This document shows, piece after piece, positions 1 to 9,929 of a DNA stretch of 64,000 bases (its first letter is position 1; each line of letters begins with the position of its first letter). The DNA comes from an uncultured Candidatus Bathyarchaeia archaeon. Lineage in GTDB: Archaea > Thermoproteota > CALKCG01 > B24 > JAWCPE01. The position numbers and the translations under genes are program-made. The DNA is taken from the NCBI GenBank assembly GCA_964427455.1, contig CAYRUY010000001.1:22090-86089 (forward strand), written 5' to 3'. The notes beneath the pieces were generated by a model. It had not been told where the DNA came from. It searched no databases and saw nothing but the letters and a program-made list of their open reading frames with translations.

Positions 1-291
1 CGAGAAAGGGGTGGCCGCTACGCAGGCGATGTCGTTGAGGTTCATCGCCAGAACGTCTTGCGCCAAGCCCTTGAAGACCTCGATGCTGCCAGACTCCTTC
101 CAGAGGAGGTAGCTCACTATCGGCTTGGTCCCCGCGCTGTCCGTGTGGAGGACAAGGCCGATATCAGGCCTCTCCGGGTCTCTTGTAACGATGCAGAAGG
201 CGCCGGGGAAGAGGTTCCCTGTGAGTTGTTGAAAGACCTCGATGCCTCGCTTCTGCACGTCGACGCCTAGTTCCTCGTATCTGGACATCAT
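1..291 (-). CDS. purM: Phosphoribosylformylglycinamidine cyclo-ligase (AIR synthase), 5' part, runs off window start
   Basis: Not in ORF track. Manual translation MMSRYEELGVDVQKRGI...LHTDSAGTKP...AQDVLAMNLNDIACV matches PurM N-terminal YxxxGVD, D(G/S)xGTK and AMNxND motifs. Confidence 0.85.
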   Translation of the reverse strand, partial: MMSRYEELGVDVQKRGIEVFQQLTGNLFPGAFCIVTRDPERPDIGLVLHTDSAGTKPIVSYLLWKESGSIEVFKGLAQDVLAMNLNDIACVAATPFS

Positions 292-368
292 CCATCGCAA
301 CTAGCAGCCAGGTGATTTAAGTCTGCCAGCCTTTCCTTACAGGGCTATGCTCTCGGCGCTACGCCGCC

Positions 369-1145
369 TCAACGCGTCCTCGCTCTCGCGGCTCTATTCG
401 CGATCAACGCGGCGAACGCGCCGGCAGCGACACCAGCGTCGATGTTGACGACCGCCAATCCTAGAGAGCAGGCCTGAAGCATCGCCATCAACGCGCTGAG
501 CCCCTTCTCTCCAAACCCGTAGCCTGAGGACGTTGGCACAGCGACCACCGGAACATCGACCATCCCGGCGACGACAGATGCCATTGCACCCTCGCGGCCG
601 GCGATCGCCACTATGACATCGACGTTCTCCTCAACCATCATCTTCAGCGATGGAAAGAGCCTGTGAATGCCCGCGACCCCTACATCGTACGCAGAGATGA
701 CGGCGCAGCCCATCTCCTCGGCAACAACCCTCACTTCGTCCGCGACAGGTATGTCGGAGGTCCCAGCGGTGAGAACCCCGACCTTCCCGCCGGTTGGCTC
801 AGGGCGAATCCCGAGCCCTCGCAGAATGACTATCCGAGCGGGTTCTCGAACATCCAATGAGACATCTGCCAGCACAGCTGCCTTCAGGGCTTCTATGACG
901 TCCGCGCTAGCTCTACTTACGATTGCTCGTCCCGTTCTCGAGACAGTCTCCAAAGCGATCTTCACAACGTCCCCTGTGGACTTTCCCTCGGCCAAGATGA
1001 TCTCAGGAATGCCCTTTCTGGCCTGGCGGTTAATGTCAATCTTCGCCAAGGAGGCGACCTCGGCGATCGCGGTTATCCTGAGCTCTCTCTCAGCCTCGTC
1101 CAGCGTTATCGAGCCGTCAATGAGCTTCCGAAGGATCTCCCTCAA
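369..1145 (-). CDS. larB: Nickel pincer cofactor biosynthesis protein LarB (AIR carboxylase-like)
   Basis: PEIILAEGK, TAGTSDIPVADE, DVGVAGIHRL, AVPTSSGYG and VVNIDAG motifs; divergent from larC. Confidence 0.92.
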   Translation of the reverse strand: MREILRKLIDGSITLDEAERELRITAIAEVASLAKIDINRQARKGIPEIILAEGKSTGDVVKIALETVSRTGRAIVSRASADVIEALKAAVLADVSLDVREPARIVILRGLGIRPEPTGGKVGVLTAGTSDIPVADEVRVVAEEMGCAVISAYDVGVAGIHRLFPSLKMMVEENVDVIVAIAGREGAMASVVAGMVDVPVVAVPTSSGYGFGEKGLSALMAMLQACSLGLAVVNIDAGVAAGAFAALIANRAARARTR

Positions 1146-1208
1146 GCATCGATACCCAAGGCCAAAGATATTTCTGTGACGCTTTATCCTTTGCGAAAGT
1201 GAGCAACA

Positions 1209-2486
1209 ATGAGGCCTCAGGGAAACGTCCTGGTCGTAGACTGCCAGCTGGCTGGGATCTCAGGAGACATGATGGTCGCGGCCCTCCTCAGCCTAGGAGC
1301 TGACGAGGCGAAGGTCATCGACGCAATGAGGTCTGTCAGCCGTCACGTGAAGGGGTGCCGAGGCGTAGACGTCGCTGTGAGCCGCGTTCGCCGACTAGGA
1401 TTCGCCGCTCAGAAAGTAGAGGTCAAGGCTGACGACGAGGAGGATGAGAGAAGAGGGCCCGATCTGGTTGAGGCTGTGTGCGCCTCGGCTGAAGCACTGG
1501 GCCTAACAGAGGCCGCGGGCGCGATGGCGGTCGGCGCCGCGAGGGCGATGGTTGAGGCAGAGGCGAAGATACACGGCGAAGACCCCGAGAAGGTTGACCT
1601 GCATGAGATAGGCTCATCGGATACCGTGGCGGACCTGATCGGGGCAGCCGCAGCCCTCGACAGCCTAGGGTTCTTCCAAGGCTTCAGATGTTACACTACG
1701 CCCGTCGCCGTAGGCGGAGGCCTCTTCAGGTTCTCGCATGGACTTCTCCAGAGCCCGGCACCGATAACCCTAGAGATCCTCAGGTTGCACGGCATCCCTA
1801 TCATCGGGGGCCCCGTAGACGCCGAGCTGGCAACTCCAACCGGTGCCGCTATCCTAGCCGAGATGAGGCCGACCGCGGTCTCCTACTATCCTCCCATCAA
1901 GCCTCGCTCTGTCGGCTACGGGGCTGGCGCCAAGGAACTCGCAGGGGTACCCAACGTCTTGAGAATCGTCTTGGGGGAGAGCGTGAAACCGTTCCTGAGA
2001 GACGAGATATACGTGCTTGAGACGAACCTGGACGACGCCACGGGGGAGACGATCGGCTACGCTGTAGAGAAGCTGATGGAACGAGGGGCAAAGGATGTGA
2101 GCGTCATACCTGTCCTCGGCAAGAAGGGACGGCCTGGCCAGATCGTTAAGGTTCTGGCGGATAGAGCAACCGTCAACGATCTTGTGAAGATGCTCATCGC
2201 GGAGACTGGGACCCTCGGCGTCAGGGTCTACCCTTGCGAACGGCATGTGATGGCGCGGGAGATGGCGCCCTTGCAGGTGAAGGTGGCCGGTGTTGAGGCT
2301 GTGGTCAACATAAAGGTCTCGAAGGACCCTGATGGGGAAGCTATTCTCCTAAAGCCGGAGTACGAAGACCTCAGAGCTCTCGCGGACAGAACAGGGATGC
2401 CCCTCAGAGCTGTCGCAGAGGAAGTGATGGCGAAAGCCAAACAGGCAGGCCTAGACAGAGCGAGGACGAGCGAGCAGGGCAGCTAG
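1209..2486 (+). CDS. larC: Nickel insertase LarC (DUF111)
   Basis: AGISGDMM, LHEIG, ELATPTGAA, GYGAG, LETNLDD, KKGRPG, ETGTLGVR and KPEYED motifs. Confidence 0.92.
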   Translation: MRPQGNVLVVDCQLAGISGDMMVAALLSLGADEAKVIDAMRSVSRHVKGCRGVDVAVSRVRRLGFAAQKVEVKADDEEDERRGPDLVEAVCASAEALGLTEAAGAMAVGAARAMVEAEAKIHGEDPEKVDLHEIGSSDTVADLIGAAAALDSLGFFQGFRCYTTPVAVGGGLFRFSHGLLQSPAPITLEILRLHGIPIIGGPVDAELATPTGAAILAEMRPTAVSYYPPIKPRSVGYGAGAKELAGVPNVLRIVLGESVKPFLRDEIYVLETNLDDATGETIGYAVEKLMERGAKDVSVIPVLGKKGRPGQIVKVLADRATVNDLVKMLIAETGTLGVRVYPCERHVMAREMAPLQVKVAGVEAVVNIKVSKDPDGEAILLKPEYEDLRALADRTGMPLRAVAEEVMAKAKQAGLDRARTSEQGS

Positions 2487-2555
2487 CGCATGAGCTATGT
2501 GAACAGTTGAGGAGACGTTTCAACCACTTTGGACTAGGGCGCGGCGAAAGGCCGT

Positions 2556-2969
2556 TCAAGACGCAGGGACAACGGCTAGTCTCAGCTGTTCTACGCCTCT
2601 TCTCGCTGCGAGCCCCTGGGCTAAGCGCTTGATGGCTGCAACATCGCCTCTGACGGCGACGATCTGTAGGCATCGACGGTCGTCTAAGTGAACATGCATC
2701 GATGAGCTGATGATGCTCTTCATCTCATGCTGAACATCCGTGATCGACTCTTCCAAGCCCCTAACCTCGTGGTCGTAGACCACGACGATGGCGCCGACCG
2801 CCAAGCCCGCCGGCTGGTAAGACCACCTGTACTCGCCTAGGAAGGCTCGCATCGCCTGCTGAACGGCCTTCGACCTGTCCAAGCCAAGAGCTTCGACCGC
2901 CGAGTCGAATTCCTTGAGGAGAACCGGGGGCACCGAGACGCTGAACCTCTCAACACCGCTCTGCGGCAA
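2556..2969 (-). CDS. nikR: Nickel-responsive transcriptional regulator NikR
   Basis: Ribbon-helix-helix N-terminus (RFSVSVP..DRSKAV), YDHE, and Ni-site HVHLDDRRC. Confidence 0.9.
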   Translation of the reverse strand: MPQSGVERFSVSVPPVLLKEFDSAVEALGLDRSKAVQQAMRAFLGEYRWSYQPAGLAVGAIVVVYDHEVRGLEESITDVQHEMKSIISSSMHVHLDDRRCLQIVAVRGDVAAIKRLAQGLAARRGVEQLRLAVVPAS

Positions 2970-3217
2970 GGGTTAACCCTGTCCTTGTCTCAGGCCCGGC
3001 CGGACATGACTTAAGGGTTTTGCTTGGGGCCTCGAAGGCCGTGCTGCGAGAGTAGTCTAGCGCAGGCAACATCCTCATTCACATGCTGACATGCGGATAG
3101 AGTTACAGACAACCCGCTGACGTGCGGTGGAACTGAGATTCACAGGAAAGAGTTGCATTTGAGGAGACCAGCGCACGTAAGCGTTATAAACTGAGGACGC
3201 GAAGCCGTAGCGTTGCG

Positions 3218-5110
3218 GTGAGACTTGACTTGTCTGGGGAAATACGTGGATTCGCGGGGCAACTTCTGCGCGTTGATCTTTCGGCGGGGAAGATCTCGGA
3301 GGAGCCGCTTGACTGGGATGCAGCGAGGAGGTTCCTCGGAGGGAAAGGTTACGCAGCGTATATTCTCTACAGGGAGCTAAGGTCGGGCATCGATCCCTTA
3401 GGGCCCGAGAACAAGCTTGTCTTCATGACGGGCCCCCTCACAGGTACACCAGCGCCGGTCGGCAACAGGTTCTGTGTCTGCACGAAGTCGCCTCTCACAG
3501 GGGCCTGGTTGGACAGCCATTGCGGAGGCTCCTGGGCGCCCGAGCTGAAATGGGCCGGGTATGACGGCATCATCGTGGAGGGCACGGCCTCGAAGCCCGT
3601 CTACGTCTCGATCAACAACGAAGATGTCAGGATAAACGACGCCTCATGGCTCTGGGGCTCAGACACCTTCAGCACTGAAAGGATACTCAAAGACATGCAC
3701 GGCTCGAAAGGCGTCCCGAGAGTCGTAGAGATCGGTCCTGCAGGCGAGAAGCAGGCCTTGGTCGCGAACGTCATGTCAGAGGTGAGGGCTGCCGGAAGGG
3801 GCGGGGCTGGGGCCGTGATGGGTTCGAAGAAGCTCAAGGCTATCGTTGCGAAGGGAGATGTGAAGAAGCCTAAAGACCTCGTGGCTGAGCCCAAGGCGTT
3901 CAGGGCCGCACTGAGGAAGGCGTACAAGAAGATCGACGAAGACTTCAGAACGAGCGTTAGGAAACGCGGCGGACTCGTCATCATGGGAACCGCGAACATC
4001 GTGGACGGGATAAACGAGGCAGGCGGGTGGCCTACGAGGAACTTCCAGACCGGGATGTTCGAGGACGTACTCGAGGTCGACGGCATGGCCTTCGCTCAGA
4101 GACTCTGGGTTCCACCTGAGTCGCCGGGCCGGCGGCCGTGCTGGAACTGTCCCATCGCCTGCGCTCACTTAGGGATAGTCAAGGAAGGGAAGTGGGCTGG
4201 AACCGTGGACGAAGGCCCGGAGTACGAGACCGTGTGGTCTTACGGGCCCCAGTGCGGCGTGAAGAGCAGAGAAGCCATAGCCAGGGCCGACTACCTGAGC
4301 GACTATTACGGGATAGACACGATCTCCGTAGGGAACACGATCGGTTTCCTCATGGAGTGCTACGAGAAGGGGCTCATCTCGAAGAAGGACACAGACGGCC
4401 TAGACTTGAGGTTTGGCAACGCAGACGCCATGGTGGAGGCCGTGGAGAGGGCGGGACAGGTCGCAGGCAACCTGGGCGAACTCATAGCGATGGGTTCGAA
4501 GAGGGCAGCTGAGAAGATAGGAAAGGGGTCAGAGAAGTTCGCGATCCACGTCAAGGGCATGGAGTTCCCAGCCTACGAGCCTAGAGCAGCTCAGGGCAAG
4601 GGGCTTGCGTACGCGAGGTCAGACCGCGGGGCCTGCCATCTAAGGCCTTGGACCGCAGGAGCAGAGATGCTAGGATGGGACGGCAAAGACCCTAGGAAGA
4701 CCGAGGGGAAGGCCAAGTGGGTTAAGGACAACACTGAGGACGTCGCGGTCGCCTGGGACTCCTCCGGGCTCTGCCTTTTCGGATCCTTCGCGTTCAACGC
4801 AGATGATGCCTACGATATGGTGGCGCCAGCCACGGGATTCGGCTTCACCTTAGAGGAGTTCAAGAAGATCGGCGAGCGGATAAACAACTTGACGAGGGCC
4901 TTCAACGTCCGCGAGGGATTCAGCAGGAAGGACGACACTCTCCCGTACCGTCAGCTGAAGGAGCCGCTGTCCGTCGGACCATGCAAGGGAATGGTTCTGG
5001 AGCTTGACAAGATGCTGCCCGAGTACTACACGCTCTGCGGCTGGGACAGTGAGGGCAGACCTACACGTCAGAAGCTTAAGGAGCTGGGCTTGGACTTCGC
5101 TATCAAGTAG
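3218..5110 (+). CDS. aor: Tungsten-containing aldehyde:ferredoxin oxidoreductase family protein (start may be TTG at 3230)
   Basis: KSPLTG, AGRGGAGAVMGSKKLKA, CWNCPIAC, EGPEYET, DTISVG and RGACH motifs; TATA TTATAAA near 3184. Confidence 0.92.
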   Translation: MRLDLSGEIRGFAGQLLRVDLSAGKISEEPLDWDAARRFLGGKGYAAYILYRELRSGIDPLGPENKLVFMTGPLTGTPAPVGNRFCVCTKSPLTGAWLDSHCGGSWAPELKWAGYDGIIVEGTASKPVYVSINNEDVRINDASWLWGSDTFSTERILKDMHGSKGVPRVVEIGPAGEKQALVANVMSEVRAAGRGGAGAVMGSKKLKAIVAKGDVKKPKDLVAEPKAFRAALRKAYKKIDEDFRTSVRKRGGLVIMGTANIVDGINEAGGWPTRNFQTGMFEDVLEVDGMAFAQRLWVPPESPGRRPCWNCPIACAHLGIVKEGKWAGTVDEGPEYETVWSYGPQCGVKSREAIARADYLSDYYGIDTISVGNTIGFLMECYEKGLISKKDTDGLDLRFGNADAMVEAVERAGQVAGNLGELIAMGSKRAAEKIGKGSEKFAIHVKGMEFPAYEPRAAQGKGLAYARSDRGACHLRPWTAGAEMLGWDGKDPRKTEGKAKWVKDNTEDVAVAWDSSGLCLFGSFAFNADDAYDMVAPATGFGFTLEEFKKIGERINNLTRAFNVREGFSRKDDTLPYRQLKEPLSVGPCKGMVLELDKMLPEYYTLCGWDSEGRPTRQKLKELGLDFAIK

Positions 5111-5152
5111 GTTTAAGCCAGTCCTCCCCCCCTTCTAACTAGTGAGTGAAGC

Positions 5153-5431
5153 TTGAAGGTCAAGGTAAGGAGCTTCGGGCCGTTGATGAAGGCTCTAGGG
5201 CATGAGAACGTCCTAGAGCTGCAGGATGGGGCGACGATCGGCCATCTCCTCACAGCGCTCGCTCAGAGAGCTGAGGGGTTCAAAGAGGACTTCCTCCTAG
5301 GGTATGATGACAAGAGGCCGAACATGGCGGTGCTTCTGAACGGCCTCAACATTCAGCTCTTGGAGGGGTTGAAGACTGTCCTAAGAGACGGCGACACAGT
5401 CAGCCTACTCCCTCCCGCCGCTGGAGGGTAA
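5153..5431 (+). CDS. MoaD/ThiS/SAMP ubiquitin-like sulfur carrier
   Basis: 92 aa beta-grasp pattern ending LLPPAAGG; directly follows AOR. Confidence 0.88.
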   Translation: MKVKVRSFGPLMKALGHENVLELQDGATIGHLLTALAQRAEGFKEDFLLGYDDKRPNMAVLLNGLNIQLLEGLKTVLRDGDTVSLLPPAAGG

Positions 5432-5497
5432 GTGCCACCGGATAGCGCGCGATCGACCTTTCCCCTAGCTTTTCAGATGCTCCAGAGGCCTAGCTAA

Positions 5498-6055
5498 TCA
5501 CTCTCCATGGCAGGTCTCAAGCCATCGATAGACCTCCTCGGGCTCAGCGGCGTCTCTGATAGTCCTCATAACGTCCAGAGCAACGCTTCGGCCGCCGACG
5601 TTAAGGCAAGGGACCTCTAGAAGAAGGCAGAGCTTGAAGGCAAACCTCGAGGCGAGGAGCGGAGAGACCGAACCTAGCAGGACGCCTTGCTCCAGGTCCA
5701 CAAGCGGCGGCACACCCTTCGCGGCTCTCCTAGCGGGGCTCGTCAAGGCATCGTACGCCGACAGCCGATAGCAGTGAAGCTCCAAGTACATGTCAGGCCG
5801 ATACTTCTCGAGAAGGGCGAGCACTCGCTTGCCCTCGACCGTTCCGTAGTAAGCAGGCGAAAGGGTGGTCACGTGAGGCCTTCCCCATGACAACATAGGA
5901 GCAACCACTAGAGCGCCCGTTCGGGGCGGGCCCTCCTGAACCAGGGCCTCAAGCAACGGTCTCGTAGCCCTGCCCTCCCGCCCGTGGAGCCCCCCAACAA
6001 ACAGCTTGATGGGGCCTAGAAGGCGCGAGCGGAGAACGTGGAGCCTAAGCCTCAA
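5498..6055 (-). CDS. DUF2119-like protein (zinc carboxypeptidase-like fold)
   Basis: KLFVGGLHGREG, YLELHCY and GVPPLVDLEQGVLLGSVSP motifs. Confidence 0.75.
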   Translation of the reverse strand: MRLRLHVLRSRLLGPIKLFVGGLHGREGRATRPLLEALVQEGPPRTGALVVAPMLSWGRPHVTTLSPAYYGTVEGKRVLALLEKYRPDMYLELHCYRLSAYDALTSPARRAAKGVPPLVDLEQGVLLGSVSPLLASRFAFKLCLLLEVPCLNVGGRSVALDVMRTIRDAAEPEEVYRWLETCHGE

Positions 6056-6186
6056 CTCGATCGAGCTCGGCTATGTGGTTACGGTCTCTGCCCGGCCGTT
6101 ACGAAGGGGAGGCCAACCTGTCCCGTTCTTCGAGAGCCCAAGCAGGGAACTCTTGAGGAGAGCGCAGGGGCTGTAGGCAAGAGTCG

Positions 6187-6597
6187 TCATCCGAGCTCTC
6201 GAACCTCAACTGTCTTCGCTGCGCCATCCTGCAGGATGATAGACTTGAGCTCGGCAAGAGTGATGCGACATTTCGAGGCGTCGGCGATGGCTCGCCATTC
6301 AGCCCGCTGACCTCTCTCCAGGGTGGCCGATTCGGTCGACAAGAGGTCGATGTTCGCTTCGGCCAGCACCTTTGCGACGCGTGCCAAGGAGCCAGGCATG
6401 TCTGCGAGCCCGATCCTCAGCTGTACAAGCCTCGCCTCTGGGTCTGCGAAGGGGGTAAGCCTCACATCTCGAGTCTCGAGGTCTGCGATCGCCATGATGT
6501 ACATTCCCTCCCTGAGGCCTACGCTTTCCCTAAGCCTGACTGGGAGCGAGATCCGCCCCTTAGTGTCCAACTTGAGTATCTCAACCATCCGCGTCAT
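6187..6597 (-). CDS. AbrB/MazE/MraZ-type DNA-binding domain fused to an ACT domain (putative amino-acid-sensing regulator)
   Basis: N-terminal LDTKGRISLPVRLRESVGLREG; C-terminal ACT signature DMPGSLARVAKVLAEANIDL. Confidence 0.85.
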   Translation of the reverse strand: MTRMVEILKLDTKGRISLPVRLRESVGLREGMYIMAIADLETRDVRLTPFADPEARLVQLRIGLADMPGSLARVAKVLAEANIDLLSTESATLERGQRAEWRAIADASKCRITLAELKSIILQDGAAKTVEVRELG

Positions 6598-6633
6598 TGC
6601 GGTCCTGCCTGTCGAAGGGTGTCGCCAGCAAAC

Positions 6634-6682
6634 CTTTTAAGTTTGTGCCCCGCATTGGGATGAATCCCACAAAGTGCCCACA
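6634..6682 (+). promoter_or_regulatory. TATA box (CTTTTAAG) plus putative operator GGATGAATCCCACAAAGTGCCCACA upstream of the his operon
   Basis: 20/25 identity with the motif upstream of hisG (13186-13210); contains a TGGGA/TCCCA palindrome and two CCCACA repeats 11 bp apart. Confidence 0.65.
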
Positions 6683-6741
6683 AGGCTGCGTATGCAGCGG
6701 AAAGCAAGGGTGATCTCTAGACGGAGGCGTAATCCCTGAAG

Positions 6742-7806
6742 ATGGCGCATCTAGCGAGGCAAGCGATCTACCAAGTGCCAGCCTACCGGGACCCTGAGGC
6801 GCTGCCAATGGGGTTTATCAAGCTTGACGCGAACGAGAACCCGTACGCTCCTTCGCCCCTAGTCATTTCGGCGATAGTCAACGACCTCAGGTTTCTTAAC
6901 AGGTATCCGACTGATCCGTCGGCGCTCAGGCAGAGGATCGCGGAGTACGCCCAAACGGCGCCGAACAACATCATCATCGGCAATGGATCGGACGAGATCC
7001 TTGACCTCCTCGCCAAGGCGTTCCTCAATCCAGGCGAAGAAGTCGTCGTCTCAATACCGACGTTCGAGATGTACGAGGTCTTCGCTAAGCTGGCAGGAAC
7101 AAATGTGAAGTCCGTGAGGATGCTGAAAGGCTTCAGATGGAACGTTGAAGCCATCTTGTCCGCGGCTGAGAGGGCGAAGATGGTCGTCCTATGCAGCCCT
7201 AACAACCCAACTGGCAACGCTCTAACCGTACTGGAAGCCAGGGCTATAGCTGACAGCGGCCCCCCAGTCGTCATCGACGAGGCCTACGTGGAGTTCGCCG
7301 AGAGGTCGCTCACGGGCCTACTCGCGGAGAGGGGGAACCTGGTCTTCCTCAGAACCTTCTCGAAGGCCTTCGCCCTCGCCGGCCTAAGAGTCGGCTACGC
7401 GTTGACCAGCCCTGAGATAGCACAGATCCTCTACCGGGTGAAGGCTCCGTACAACGTGAACCGCCTTGCCCTGACAGCTGCCCAAGCGGCTTTGGGGGAC
7501 TTGGACCACATGAGACGCCTTGTGCAGCTGACAAGAGCGGCTCGGAAGGACCTGATCGACCGTCTCGACCGAGTCGACGGCGTCAGGGTGTACCCTTCGG
7601 AGGCAAACTTTGTACTTCTGGAACTGAAGCAGCCATGCCGCCTATCGGAGAATCTTGCGGAAACGCTGTGGAGGAGGGGGTTCGCCGTTAGGGACTGCAG
7701 CAGGTTGCCGGGCTTGGACGGAGCCTACGTGCGGGTCACTGTCGGCACACGCTTGGAGAACAAGCGCTTCGTGGAATGCTTGGAGTCGGTGCTTGAGGAC
7801 GCCTAG
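6742..7806 (+). CDS. hisC: Histidinol-phosphate aminotransferase
   Basis: KLDANENP, GNGSDE, SPNNPTG, DEAY and RTFSKAFALAGLRVGY motifs. Confidence 0.95.
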   Translation: MAHLARQAIYQVPAYRDPEALPMGFIKLDANENPYAPSPLVISAIVNDLRFLNRYPTDPSALRQRIAEYAQTAPNNIIIGNGSDEILDLLAKAFLNPGEEVVVSIPTFEMYEVFAKLAGTNVKSVRMLKGFRWNVEAILSAAERAKMVVLCSPNNPTGNALTVLEARAIADSGPPVVIDEAYVEFAERSLTGLLAERGNLVFLRTFSKAFALAGLRVGYALTSPEIAQILYRVKAPYNVNRLALTAAQAALGDLDHMRRLVQLTRAARKDLIDRLDRVDGVRVYPSEANFVLLELKQPCRLSENLAETLWRRGFAVRDCSRLPGLDGAYVRVTVGTRLENKRFVECLESVLEDA

Positions 7807-7836
7807 CGGGGCGATGGACGGGTTGGCGAAGCTGTT

Positions 7837-8565
7837 ATGATGGTCATACCCTCGGTTGACATCAAGGATGGCCGATGCGTGAAGCTTGTTCAAGGGAGGC
7901 CGGGTACCGGGCTTGATGTGTCAAGTGACCCGCTGGCGGTCGCCAAGCACTGGCAGAAACAGGGAGCAGAGATGCTCCATGTGGTGGACCTTGACGGCGC
8001 GATCTCTGGCAGCCAGGGAAACCGTGACCTGGTCAAGCGCTTGGTCGCAGCCAGCTCAATCCCTGTCCAGGTGGGCGGAGGCGTCAGAACCGTTGAGGAT
8101 GCCCTGTCGCTTACGTCTTCAGGGGCTTACCGTGTCATCGTGGGCACCGCCGCGCTTAAGGACCTGGTGTTCATCGAGGAGCTTGCGGCGAGGATTGGAC
8201 CTCGGCGAGTCTTCATCTCCTTGGACGCTAGGAGAGACATCGTCCTCAGACAGGGATGGACTGCGGAGACCGATGAGCCTCCGACCTGGTGGGCCAGGCG
8301 GTTTGAGGCATCAGGCATAGGCGGCTTCCTCTACACGGATGTCTCTGTAGAGGGAACCTTGAGAGGGCCGAGCCTTCCGGCAGTGAAGGAGTTAGTCGAC
8401 AGAACGAGGCTGCCTGTCATCTACGCGGGAGGCGTCTCCTCGCTTCGGGATCTAGTCGAGCTTTCACGGGTTGGAGTCGAGGCTGTGGTGGTGGGGATGG
8501 CGCTCTACCGGGGCAGGTTCACTTTGCAGGAGGCTCAGGAGGCGTGTAGGCATGCGAAGGGCTGA
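7837..8565 (+). CDS. hisA: ProFAR isomerase
   Basis: IPSVDIKDGRCVKLVQG, HVVDLDGA and QVGGGVR motifs; operon context. Confidence 0.93.
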   Translation: MMVIPSVDIKDGRCVKLVQGRPGTGLDVSSDPLAVAKHWQKQGAEMLHVVDLDGAISGSQGNRDLVKRLVAASSIPVQVGGGVRTVEDALSLTSSGAYRVIVGTAALKDLVFIEELAARIGPRRVFISLDARRDIVLRQGWTAETDEPPTWWARRFEASGIGGFLYTDVSVEGTLRGPSLPAVKELVDRTRLPVIYAGGVSSLRDLVELSRVGVEAVVVGMALYRGRFTLQEAQEACRHAKG

Positions 8566-9142
8566 GATCAGAAGGGAAACCTTGGAGACAGTAGTTCGAG
8601 TGAGCGTCAACCTAGATGGCACGGGGCTGGCTGAGATCAAGACAGGCGTCACGTTTCTCAACCATCTCCTGGGCGCCGCCTCGAAGCACGGCTTGATAGA
8701 TCTGAAGATCGTAGCTGAGAGCCGTGGGGAACGGGATCCTCACCACTTGGCGGAGGACACCGCGATAGCGCTCGGACAGGCGATCAACTCCGCCCTGGGA
8801 GAGAAGAAGGGCGTCCGTCGCTTCGGCTCCGCGCTCGTCCCTATGGATGAGGCGATCGCTGGGATCGCCTTGGACCTGAGCGGACGAGGCTACTTTGTCT
8901 TCGATGGTGACCTCGCATCAACATCGGCCAAGGGGATTGACGCCGAGATGATCCGTCACTTCCTCCAGAGCCTAGCGTCCAACGGTAGGTTTACGCTCCA
9001 CGTGACGAGGTTGCAGGGCCGGGATTACCACCATAAGACGGAGGCCCTGTTCAAGGCTCTCGGGATCGCCCTGCGAGAGGCAGTTGAACTGGACCCGAGG
9101 CTCGGAGACCAAGTTCCAAGCCAGAAGGGCATCATCGAGTGA
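8552..9142 (+). CDS. hisB: Imidazoleglycerol-phosphate dehydratase (monofunctional)
   Basis: [19 protein letters not shown] and [10 protein letters not shown] motifs; start refined to ATG 8552. Confidence 0.93.
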   Translation: MRRAEIRRETLETVVRVSVNLDGTGLAEIKTGVTFLNHLLGAASKHGLIDLKIVAESRGERDPHHLAEDTAIALGQAINSALGEKKGVRRFGSALVPMDEAIAGIALDLSGRGYFVFDGDLASTSAKGIDAEMIRHFLQSLASNGRFTLHVTRLQGRDYHHKTEALFKALGIALREAVELDPRLGDQVPSQKGIIE

Positions 9143-9158
9143 AGGAGAACACGCGCAG

Positions 9159-9929
9159 ATGCTCACGAAGAGGATCATCCCCTGCCTTGACGTCTTCAAC
9201 GGTCACGTCGTTAAGGGGGTCAGGTTTCGCAACCACAGGGAGGCCGGTAGTCCAGCTCTTCTCGCGAAGGCCTATCAAGAGCAGGGAGCAGACGAGATCG
9301 TCTTCCTAGACATAGGGGCGTCGCCTGAAGGTCGGAAGACGCTGGTGAAAGCTGTACGAGATGCCGCGTCTGAGATCTCCATACCCCTGACCGTAGGAGG
9401 GGGCATCCGAGGCTTAGGCGACATCGCTAGGCTCCTTCGAGCCGGCGCAGACAAGGTCTCTATGAACACAGCTGCAGTCGAAAACCCGGGCTTGGTTGAG
9501 GAGGCGTCATCCCGTTTCGGAAGCCAATGCATAGTGGTTGCCATGGACGCCAAGAGAAGAGACGATGGCAAGTGGGAGGTACACACGTATGGTGGGCCGC
9601 CCACCCTGGGAAAGCCGACAGGCATCGACGCGCTCTCCTGGGCGAGGACGATTGAGAAGCTGGGAGCTGGAGAGATACTGTTAACGAGTATGGACACCGA
9701 CGGTACACGGGAGGGGTACGACCTAGAGCTTACCAGAGCCATCGCAGGAGGCGTGAACGTACCGGTGATAGCATCAGGTGGCGCCGGTAGCCCTGAACAC
9801 ATCTACCGCGTTCTAACGGAGGGGAGGGCTGACGCAGCGCTCGCAGCCTCCATCTTCCACTACGGCTTGGTGAACGTCCAAGATGTCAAGAAGTACTTGG
9901 AGGCGAGAGGTGTCCCCGTTCGCCTCTAG
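9159..9929 (+). CDS. hisF: Imidazole glycerol phosphate synthase cyclase subunit
   Basis: [33 protein letters not shown] and ASGGAG motifs; start refined to 9159. Confidence 0.95.
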   Translation: MLTKRIIPCLDVFNGHVVKGVRFRNHREAGSPALLAKAYQEQGADEIVFLDIGASPEGRKTLVKAVRDAASEISIPLTVGGGIRGLGDIARLLRAGADKVSMNTAAVENPGLVEEASSRFGSQCIVVAMDAKRRDDGKWEVHTYGGPPTLGKPTGIDALSWARTIEKLGAGEILLTSMDTDGTREGYDLELTRAIAGGVNVPVIASGGAGSPEHIYRVLTEGRADAALAASIFHYGLVNVQDVKKYLEARGVPVRL

